From positions 21,700,001 through 21,764,000 of the forward strand of contig CM120646.1 in NCBI GenBank assembly GCA_051362555.1: DNA of 64,000 bases, written 5' to 3'. The notes beneath the pieces were generated by a model, which saw only the letters and a list, made by a program, of their open reading frames with translations, had not been told where the DNA came from and did no database searches. The DNA comes from Lingula anatina (Eukaryota > Animalia > Brachiopoda). Positions 51,476-61,894 of the stretch are shown in pieces. Position numbers and translations under genes: made by a program. Positions within the stretch are counted from its first letter, which is position 1. The number at the start of each line of letters is the position of its first letter.

Positions 51476-51742
51476 TAATTTTTTTGTGACACACATAAAT
51501 GCACCCGTAATGCCTTTTAATATGCCTTTATCAAAGTTGACATTAACACTTTTGTGAACTGTATATATGTTCATTTTACCAGCTATCGTCTTCTCGAATT
51601 TGGGGATGCTAATTAATATCTTTTTTACCCTTAATATCGGTTCTCGTTACAATATGGCACCACACACAAGTTTGTGACACACAAAAACAAATCAGGGGTG
51701 CCTTTAATATCCCTTTATTAAGTTGACATCAATACTACTGTG

Positions 51743-51807
<65 letters not shown>

Positions 51808-52131
51808 CTGACATTTAATATGGAATTCAATATTTTTTTCCAAATAATTTTCCATCAGTTTTTTCCCATTTTACTGACTGATAAATGGAAACAAGGATTA
51901 AAACCGTGTTTTAACAACTTTTAATTATCTCTTTAATGTTATTGTGACATCAGTTCATTCATTGGATTCGCGCGTGAAGCAAACAAAAATACATTGCCTA
52001 TTTTATGTCATACAACAACTATTAAAAACGATGTTTTGGATCTGCATATTTTCTTAATTATTGTCTGTAAAAGAGTAACACGCCTCACAAAGGAGCCTCA
52101 TGTCAGTGTCTAGTCAGAGTAATGGTCGCTG

Positions 52132-52204
52132 TTACGCCTGACCTCTCCTGGCTGCTACCAGGGCTCCCAAGCGGCATGACATTTCTTGGGATAGGTTTTT
52201 TAGA
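52132..52204 (-). pseudogene. Tc1/mariner transposase fossil, C-terminus
   Basis: LKNLSQEMSCRLGALVAARRGQA*, resembling the Tc1 C-terminal SMPRRxxAVIxAxGGxT; in frame with 57963-58130 once the LINE and one TSD are removed. Confidence 0.7.
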
Positions 52205-54830
52205 TTATTATTATCTTTTCTTAATAAAAAAGCATTAAATATATAAACAGCTAAACTAGATATTAAATTTGTGTTTTTTGTGTTCATTAATCTTAAAAAA
52301 CTTTCTTTAGTAGGGTTTTTCACTGGCAAATATTTTTCTCTGAATTCTGTATATGCTACACATGTCATTAAAAAATGATATTCGTCTTCAACATCATAAA
52401 TATTATGTTTTTTACAGATTAAACAGAGTCTATTTCATCTTTCTATACCTTTCCATCTACCGCTCTCAATATTTAGTAGGTGATTTGCGCATCTGAATCT
52501 TGCTAGTGAGGTTCTATGTTTTACATTTTTAATGCTTAATAAGTAACACTCCAGTGTTAACGTACTCTTAAATAATGAATAAGTATCCAGTTTGCTGCTC
52601 TTACATATGTTACTGTGCCATATTTGGCCAGCATTATCTACTAATCTTTCTCTGAAAACTTTAATAAATAAAACAGAATTTCCCACACCCTGAGCCTCCC
52701 AGACATATCCAAATCCATATCTATATAACAACATTTTAACATCTGTGGCCCAAGTGTGCCTTCCACTTGAATCTAATTTAAATAGCATATCATATACATG
52801 AGCAGGATAGCGATCTTCATTCATATGTACAAGCTTTAACCAATATTTAATGCTATTTACCATATAGTTGGTATACGTACAATGGATATCTTCCGCATTC
52901 GCCTAGTACAGCTTCCGTCACAGTATTTGAACTAACACCTAGTAAATATCTTCAAAATTTTGCTTGGAAGACTTCAATACTTTCTACTGGTTTATGACCC
53001 CATATCTCAGCACCATAGAAAAGAATGGGTGTTATCATTCTATCAAAAAGAAAGAAAGCTTCCTTAAAGGAAATACATGCTTGTTTTTTCAAATATAACT
53101 TAATAACAAATAATGCTTTATTGGCTTGGTTGATTTGATGTTGGATAGTTTTACCCCAACCAAGGAAAGCACCAAAAAATGTTCCTAAGTATTTATATGC
53201 AGGTACTGCTTCTAATTTTTTGCCCTTGAAAAACCACCTTTCATTTTTCTTTATTTTACCACCTCTCCTAAATACTACTATTTTTGTCTTTTGGACATTT
53301 ACTAGCATACCATACTGGCTGCAATATTTTTCTAATTGATGGATTTGTTTCTGTAACCCCCCAACAGTGTCTGAAATACATATAATGTCATCAGCATAAA
53401 GCAAAGACATGAGATTTGGAAGCACCTCATTTATGTAAATACCCTGACATCCAGCCTTGTTCAAACTATGATAAAATTCATTTATGAAAAATGTAAATAG
53501 AAAAGGACTTAACAGGCATCCTTGTCGAGTGCCCATGTTACATTAAAAATACTCAGTAAGGCCTAAATTTGTTAGAACACATGATTGCAGTTGGGAATAC
53601 ATAGAGCGTAAAACTGTGACGACATGTCCATTTACACGGTTTTTTGCAAGCACATACCATAATAATTTATGTTGAACACTATCAAAAGCGGCTGAGAAAT
53701 CTATAAAAATACAGTAGCATCTGCCTTTTCTTCGACTTAAGTATTTTTGTACGCAACCCTGCAATGTAAAAATGTGATCGACAGTGGAGTAACCAATTTT
53801 ATAGGCAGCCTGAGCTTCGATCGTTGTATTATTTTCCACTGCCCAATTATTAAATCTGTTACTCAAAATTTTCATAAATATTTTTCCCATGACATTCAAA
53901 AGCGCAATTCCTCTATAATTTGTTGCCACATTTACATTTCCTTTTTTGAACAATGGATACAGAATGGCATTGCACCAGCTAGAGGGAAATTTTCCACTTA
54001 TTAATACAGTATTATAAAGATTTAACAACAGTGGTGATAAATGGTTGAAGCCATATTTAAACATTTCAATCACTAATCCATCAGGACCTGGAGATTTTCC
54101 ATTTTTCATGGTGCGTACAACATTTGATAGTTCATCCATAGTGAATGGCTCATTTAGAGTATTGCAACTATTTAAAGGCTGTATGTGCTCAAACCATTCA
54201 GTATACTGTTCGATATATGTTATGAAGCTCTTTTCGATGTCATTTACATTTTCATTTAATAACTTGTAAAAATAATTTTGCCATGCTTGTGGGCTGATAT
54301 TATTCTTTTTAATAGACTGAGCACTTTTCAGAGACTTCATATAATTCCACATTTCCTTTGTGGTTTTTAAAGCGTGCAATTGCTCGACTTCCTTTGCAGT
54401 GTAAGAGTTTTTCTTCATTTCACAAAGTGCCTTAAACTTACTCTTACATTCCTTATATTTTTTAAAATCATTTTGATTATTTGACTTCCTAAAATCATTG
54501 AGGCATTTGAATTTAAGTTGTTTTAATAAATCACATTCTTGATCCCACCACCTAGGTTGATTTCTTTGAACTTTGTTTTCCCTGGCTAAGAAGAGAGTAC
54601 CTGACCGTTGTAGTAGACCTTCTAACATTTGTTCAGCATTGTTCACATCATTCATATGCAATAAGTAATTGAAATGGCCTAAACTAAAAATATTATCATT
54701 TTGTAAATTATCAAGGAGCCTATTTGCTTTTTTGTTGTTCCATTTGTACAGTTTGCGCTTGCATGTGCTTATTGCATTTTCGGGTTCGTTTGAAACATCC
54801 CTGCACTGGACTTGACATGAGATTATCTGT
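52205..54830 (-). mobile_element. 5'-truncated, frameshifted non-LTR retrotransposon ORF2 (RTE-X-like)
   Basis: KSPGPDG, NYRGIALL, FIDFSAAFDSV, GTRQGCLLSP, LLYADD, C-terminal EDEYHF..C; (TAA)n tail; 13-bp TSD taggttttttaga at 52192-52204 and 57963-57975. Confidence 0.9.
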
Positions 54831-54836
54831 AAAAAA

Positions 54837-57800
54837 AACAAGGCAGCAAAGCTGTCAAATGTACAGACAAAAAACAGAAAAAAAAAGATGCAAAATAGGT
54901 CATTATGTCAATTTTGATGCAATAATAAATGCTTATAATAGCACAGTCAGTCAACACTGATTTTTAATCATGCACAACAGGTAACATGGTCAATAACAGG
55001 AGCAGATTCAGAGATATTTTCTGACAGTATTCCAAAGTATCTTTGTTGATCCATCCTCCATTTTGATAGTCTTCCAACAGAAACCCGTTAATATAAACTG
55101 TAAAATCTGACTGTCTTCCAGGAGACCCAGAAGATGGTCTTAATCCACCCTTTCAATAAGATTACAATGTCAGGACCATGAGAGTTAAAATTCACATGAT
55201 GAAAGTCCCTATATATGAAAAATGATGACAGTGCATAAAATAATATTACATCGTGTTTAAAGACATAAATACCAATACAGCTGCTTATGTGGAAATACTG
55301 AAAATGTGCACAGCCTCAGGTGGATGGGAGTTAAAAATCACATCTTAAAAATGCCAGTGTTGGAGAAAAAATTAAATAGAAACAACAAAAATATAATTCT
55401 AATGAAGCTGTTATTCACTGCTTCCTTATTATGGACACTATGTTATCTAGCAGAGAGCTTAACAGGGAAATATCAACAAGTGTGCTTTATGAAATTTCAA
55501 TTAATGGCTACTTAATTAGGTAAATGAGTTTATAGCACTGAAATTAGCCTTGTGAATACCCAAGGGGAATTAACAGACTGACCACACAAATTTGTCTATC
55601 AAAGGTCTTCAGGCCCATAAGTCACACCTTAAGAAAAGCAGAAAACAATAATACACAAAAACAGGAGACTGCCCAATTCTGATGCAATAATACATTATGT
55701 TTAACTGCACAGTCAACATAAAATTTTAATTATGCACAACAGGTAATGCTGATGAAAGTAAAAGCATAAGGCTCCAGGCCCATCAGAGTTCAAGTTTTCA
55801 ATTAGAAAGTGCCAGAATGAGAAAAATGAAAATTTCACAAAAAATGCATAAATTTAATAAAAATGATGACCCAATTGACCTGGCTTTCTAATTTGAACTG
55901 CATGCCAATCCTAAAAATCGTACTTATAAGTTAAATATAATAATAAGTAACACAGTTTTCTTTTCATAATGTTTGCAGTAGCAGTGCAAAAAGATTATTG
56001 TCAATTTTGATGTAACATTACATAATAAATTATAGAATAATTATCACCAATTTTTGATTATTGACTATAAATAGCATGGACATGTAGAAAATTTGATTAC
56101 CATTAGGCTTCATGTCCATGGGAGCTCTGAGTCCCACAATGAATATGCCAAAAAGATAATGAATACTTCATTAAGTGTATAACTTCCAGAAAAAGAAGCC
56201 AATTAGACTGCTTTTCCAACTCGGGCTGCATTTTAGTCCTGTGTTTCCTTTTTTGAAAGTTTGACAGTAATAAGTAACACCGTTTTCCCATAATGGTCAT
56301 CATGGCAGCAGCACCAAATATTGTGTTTTCTTCTATTTTGATGCAACATTACATAATGCTTAACAGCATAATGACCATCAATTTTAAATGATAAAATATA
56401 TGTGTCATGGATTTTCAGAAAATGTGACTAGCAAGGGTCTTCAAGCCCGTGGAGGTTCTAAGTCGCACCTTGAAAATGTCAATAAGTGAAAAATTAAATT
56501 TTCACAAAAAACTGTTAAATTGCCAGGAAAATTTACCAAACAGACTGCATTGCCTACTGAGGCTGTATGTTAGACCCATGTTTCTTTCTTGTAAGTTTGA
56601 GAACAGCAAGTGACATGTTTTCCCTTAAATGGTCATCATAGGAGCAGTGCCCTAAATAGGGGTTTCTTCAAATTTTGATGCAACGTTACATAATGTTTAA
56701 CAGCATAATAACCATCAAATGTTATTAATAAAATATTAGTAACATGGACATTCAGAAAACATGACAAGCAAAGGTCTTCAGGCCCATGGAACTTCAAAGT
56801 CACATCTTGAAAATGCCAAAATGTAAACAAGACAGCACTGTCCTGAAATGGGTTTATTTCCATTTTTAACACTTTTTTAACATAAAACAAAATAAACATT
56901 TTACTGCCATTTTTATATGACCAACTAAGAAAATTGATGAGATGGGAAAAGTATCAATAGAACAGTGTTAAATGTCCAATTTCCTCCATTCTGAGATTCT
57001 GAACATAGTGGATGATTGAATCTGACAAACTGCAATGATATGAGTTTATTTCCATTTTGACACTTTATTACACAATACATGATAACAAGTTTACCATGTT
57101 TTTTACATAATCAACTAACAATGTTGTAAAGATGCAGGAAATATCAAACAAACACTTTTACGCATCTAATTAGTTCAATAATGAGACTGTTAACATGCCT
57201 AATAATTGAATCTGAGGAAATGTGAAAAAACAGTATAACTTCTAAAATAATGGCCTGATTATGCTGATTTTCGAACTCAACCTGCATTTTAGTAAGATTG
57301 ACCACTCCTGTGAATATAATGCCAATTGGCCGATCCGTTTTTCTTATATTGTGTTATCAGTGTTGCATTTATATTGAAAAGTGAAAAAACAGCATAAATT
57401 CCCTAAAAATGGCCCAATCATGCTGATTTTCGAACTTGACCTGCGTATTAAGAATTTTCATCAGTTCTGTAAGTTTCAAGCCAAAAGGTAAAATGGTTTT
57501 CCACTTACTGTGTTATCGGTGCTGCATATATGCTGAAAAAGTGAAAAAACAGCATAAATTCCCTAAAAATGGCCCAATCATGCCGATTTTCGAACTTGAT
57601 CTGCATATTATGAATATTCATCAGTTCTGTAAGTTTCAAGTCAAAAGGTACAATGGTTTTCCACTTATCGTGTTATCGGTGCTGCATATATGTTGAAAAA
57701 AATGAAAAAACAGCATAAATTCCCTAAGAGTGACCCGATCATGCTGATTTTCGAACTTGACCTGCGTATTATGAATATTCATCAGTTCTGCAAGTTTCAA

Positions 57801-57954
57801 ATCAAAAGGCAAAATGGTTTTCCACTTATCGTGTTATCGGTAAAAGTGCACGGCGACGGCGACGGCGACGACGGCGACAGCGACGACGGCGACGGCGACG
57901 ACAGACGCAGATGATGGCTATATGTACAGACACATCTGTGTCTGTACATAAAAA
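54837..57954 (+). mobile_element. Clean full-length HINE family A copy (~3.1 kb)
   Basis: 5' aacaaggcagc with subterminal tgtacagaca; ~160-bp tandem units; (GACGGC)n microsatellite; 3' palindrome; A-rich flanks. Confidence 0.85.
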
Positions 57955-57962
57955 ATTATCTG

Positions 57963-58205
57963 TAGGTTTTTTAGAGTTCAATCTGGAATAACATACCACG
58001 CATCTGTCAAAACTTGTTCAATTTGGTTCAGTTTTGTTGTAGGACATGTAAGCCGTTGATTCGGCAAGTAATGGTATACCCACATATTGTCTATGTGGTT
58101 CAAATATAGCGATTTTGATGACCAAGCAGCTGCTCATTCCCTTGGTTCTGTAAGTTATCTGCTATTAAGTGCTCTGTGCGAACCGGCAATCTCACCATGC
58201 AGCCT
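57963..58205 (-). pseudogene. Tc1/mariner transposase fossil, 5' half (continues at 52132-52204)
   Basis: Hand translation WSSKSLYLNHIDNMW...QIEQVLTDAWYVIPD*TLKNL, resembling the Tc1 WPSxSPDLNPIENxW region. Confidence 0.7.
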
Positions 58206-58663
58206 AAAATTGATCCTGATTTAACATGTGTATGTATGATGTATGATTGTGGTTGTAGAGAAGTGTGTTCGTGACTTATCGTTTGTGTCCGTGTGTCTTC
58301 GTTTCTATATAAAACACGCCCCTCTTCACATTCATTTCTTGTTTCTGCCATGTTCACACACAGGTATGATAGACTTGATTGGTTTGGTTTTCATTTTCTT
58401 TGTGTTAATATTTTTATTTTCTCTAAGTTATTTTGTTTAATAATTTCAGTGCTTATCATTTATTTTCATTCTTATTTAGTTTAGAAATTTAGTAAGTATT
58501 TTTAGTTAATTAATTTTGTTCATTTAAATTTTTCTATGTTAGTTCAGTTCAGCATTAAGTTAATTTTATTTATTTGTAATTTATTAAAAGACATTCGTTT
58601 CTTGCTTCTGCCATGTTCACACACAGAGTACACTCGGGTTCGTAAATAAAGTATATTGAGAGC

Positions 58664-59003
58664 TGTTACAATAAGGTTCCCCCTATCAAATCATAGTCAA
58701 ATGGGTTGTCAGAGAATTAAGCTCTCCTGGGTGTGGAGATCGAAAAATGGAGAGAAGAGAGGAGAGTCGGGGCCAATCGATGCTTTGATACCATAAATGC
58801 ACCAAGTTACGGCATAAACTAACCAAGATAGGAATTGGCGGCAAGTACACGTGCACCTCTCTGTTACATTGCATTAGTTACTCTTATGTTATGTACTGTG
58901 ATAATCTGATAACTGATCTTTATTCAGTGGAAAATCTTAAACTTTCGAAAATAATAAAGGAGACATTCAGAACATATGTAAATGCGCTGTTGTTTCCCTG
59001 ACA
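58664..59003 (+). mobile_element. 5' LTR of Ty3/Gypsy element
   Basis: TGT...ACA bounded; AATAAA at ~58953; followed by PBS. Confidence 0.7.
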
Positions 59004-59006
59004 ATT

Positions 59007-59023
59007 TGGGGGCTCGTCCGAGA
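59007..59023 (+). promoter_or_regulatory. Primer-binding site complementary to tRNA-Pro
   Basis: tgggggctcgtccgaga vs canonical TGGGGGCTCGTCCGGGA. Confidence 0.85.
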
Positions 59024-59270
59024 GCTGAATAAAGACAGCGGAACGATGCTGACTGTGGAACAACTGATTTCAACATGTGCCGTGAGTTGCAGCCTTGATA
59101 ACTATGACAACTGTGCGATGCTCGGTGTAATGAAACGAACTGACTGGAATATATACTATCATACTGTCAGCTACAGTTGTGTGCCGTGTGATACTAGATG
59201 TGGACTGGTGTAATGAACGTTATAGCCCATGCAGCTGACAGTGTTTATTCAAGTTGATCAACTGACACAT

Positions 59271-59818
59271 ATACCCCGTTCACACTACGCTCAGTTATCC
59301 GGATAAGTTGCGAATTAGGTCACAATTCGAATAAATGCAGTAGTGTGAACGCAGGAGGATTTTGAAAATGCGCATTTTCAAAATCCTGCAAGCGAGGTGG
59401 ATTTCTAAGCGTGATCCGGATAACTTACCGGAATCGACACCTGAACAGAACTTACTGCGCATGTGTGCAGATAAGAATGATGAACGCTGGTTTATTACTT
59501 TAGCGATTGCACCAAACGTATTTGGAGGTCACCACTCACTACAACATGAGGAAACAAACTTATTTTGCCACCTTATACTTCTCAAGAATGCTGGAATGTC
59601 TTTTGAGTTGCATTTGTCGTCACAATTTTTTGTTGATATTTTAAGATTTCCTGTGCGGCGCATGCGCGAGTGTTCAAAACAGGAAGTTAAACCTGAAATT
59701 TTCAACGTGGGATTCGGATTCGCTCAGCGAGTGTGAACGCAATACTGAATCGGATTCCTTACGAAAAATCCGAATTATAGAAATGCGCATTTTGGCAACT
59801 GTAGTGTGAACGGGGTAT
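59271..59818. mobile_element. MITE with 18-bp TIR (PIF/Harbinger-like) inside the Gypsy leader
   Basis: ataccccgttcacactac ... gtagtgtgaacggggtat. Confidence 0.75.
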
Positions 59819-59997
59819 TAAATGTTATCAGTGACAGTAGTGTTGTGCATTACAAAAGTGTGTAATGTGTTGGTACTGTCTAACAGTGGTTAGCAGTGAT
59901 CCGGTTGTACCTAATGGTAGTGTTCATATTACAAAGAGAAGTAATGTGTTGGTATCATGATTTAGTGTTACCTTTAGTTGTGTCTACATTACAAGAA

Positions 59998-60165
59998 CAG
60001 GGGCGGATCCAGAGATATTTTCTGACAGTCTTCCAATTTATCTTTGTCAATTCGTCCTCAATTTTTGACCGTCTTCCGACAGAAAATATTACATACCCGT
60101 CAATGTAAACTTTAAAATCTGACCGTCTTCCAGAAGACCCAGAAGACGGCCTAAATCCGCCCCTG
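59998..60165. mobile_element. 168-bp MITE, CAGGGGCGGAT TIR, 5-bp TSD AAGAA (hAT5-like)
   Basis: aagaa|caggggcggat...atccgcccctg|aagaa; older copies embedded in HINE A at ~14360, 40608, 54997 with TSD AATAA. Confidence 0.85.
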
Positions 60166-60405
60166 AAGAAGTACAGTGCATGGATATATTCAACAGTGTT
60201 AAATTACAGGAGTGTAATTAAGTGAAGTGTAGTAACAGTACATGTAGGTGGTAGTGTGCTGTAGTGATACAGTGTGGTGACATAGAACTGTAGAGTGCTA
60301 AGTGTACTTAAGTGATTTAGTAAAGCACTGTTGTACATAGAGTAGTGTGCAGCACTCTTTAGTTGAGTAGATATTCATTTTACCTATAGACAGCTAGAAA
60401 ACAGC

Positions 60406-61375
60406 ATGGATACGAGTAAATACATCAGTGATGGTCAAAAGTTAGGGTATGAGGCTGAACAGTTGAGAGAGTATGTAGCTAAATGTGAACAGCAGTACCT
60501 AGAGCGTGATGAGAGAGCACGGGTACATGCAGATGAAAGAAAGAAACAGGAATTGGAAGTGATAAGATTAAACCATGAATTAGAAATGGAAAAGCAAGAA
60601 CTTTACAGAAAGTTTCAGTGAGAAGAACAGCAATGGGCATTAGAGAAGGAGCATATGGAAATAGAAAAGATGAAGCTCCAGGTACAATTGGGCGAACAGA
60701 AGACCAAATTCAGTGCAAGTACCTCAAGCGAAACAAGTGTTAAGGTGCCACGCCCAAAGTTACCTGCATTTGATGAAAATAAAGATGACATGGATGCATT
60801 TTTAGATCGTTTTGAATGCTTTGCTTCTAGTCAGCAGTGGCCAAGAGAGAGTTGGTCAGTGAGTCTAAGCCCATTGTTAACTGGTAAAGGTCTGCAGGCG
60901 TATTCTAGTATGCCGGCCCAGGAAGCCAATAACTATGGGTGCTTTCCTAGAGATTTAGATCGATCTAGAAATTAAAATTTAGATCGACCTAACTCCCTGG
61001 GGGTTCATGCTAAATTGCAGTCAGTCGAGCGGGCACCATAGTTAATTACCCCCTTGCAGCTTTTAGTAGGCGGGACAGACGCTTAAGCCGGCCAAGCTGA
61101 CAGTAATCTAGTGAGACTCCCCGCAGGGATAGATGGATCTAAAAATCTATGGAAATGGGGTGTATGACAACTTGAAAGTAGCCTTGTTGAAGAGATATAT
61201 GCTGACTGAAGAAGGGTTTTGTGTTTAATTCAGAAACTGTAAACCTGACAGTGGGGAAACGGTGTTTCAATTTGTTGCTAGGATGAAGAGTTATTATCAA
61301 AGATGGAAAGAACTCTCAGAAGTTGAAGATACAGTAAAAAGCCTCAATGACCTCATCATACAAGAGCAATTCATA
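60406..61375 (+). pseudogene. gag: Gypsy (Gmr1-like) gag with SCAN-like C-terminus, disrupted
   Basis: PKLPAFDE..DDMDAFLDRFE...W...LLTGKGLQAY...Y|DNLKVALLKRY...ETVFQF...DLIIQEQFI; two in-frame stops and a MITE at 60936-61162. Confidence 0.85.
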
Positions 61376-61614
61376 TGAGACCTGAGTTTTTTGAAAAAAG
61401 AACGCATTTTTACCTAGGCATACCTTCAAAATTGAAATATTCCATATTAAATGTCAAGCCTGTATGTTTATTTTACCAGGTATTGTCTGCTCAATTTTGG
61501 GGATGTTAGTTGATAATTTCTTTACTCTCAATATCGACTTTCGTTGGAAAATGGCACCAAACGTGAATCGGCCGATACATTGCTTTAAAACCAGTTATAT
61601 ATCAGCTCACCATA

Positions 61615-61873
61615 TGTAACTGCAACACGTGGAGCAGTGATTAGTGCGAGTAGTCAGTGAGATGTGTTCATGTCACATGACACTCGGGTATATAGTTTAG
61701 ATCCCGCCCTTACATTTTCAGTTTCAGCAACACGGGTCTCCGGGATCATATAGTTTTATGTTTTCATTAGTTTTCATAAGTTTTCATCAGTTTTCATCAG
61801 TTTATTCAGCGAAATACAATCTATTCAAACCAAGAACGCTTTTTGAGTTTTTAACGGTACGGTCACGGCAACA
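61615..61873 (+). mobile_element. Probable 5' LTR of BEL/Pao element
   Basis: TGT...ACA bounded ~260 bp, directly upstream of the gag-pol ORF; 3' LTR is outside the window. Confidence 0.55.
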
Positions 61874-61894
61874 ATAAAACTATTCCCGGGGAAT

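Noticed and set aside
59362-59736. 124-aa ORF inside the TIR element
   Set aside because: No transposase motif recognised; it lies within a short non-autonomous element.
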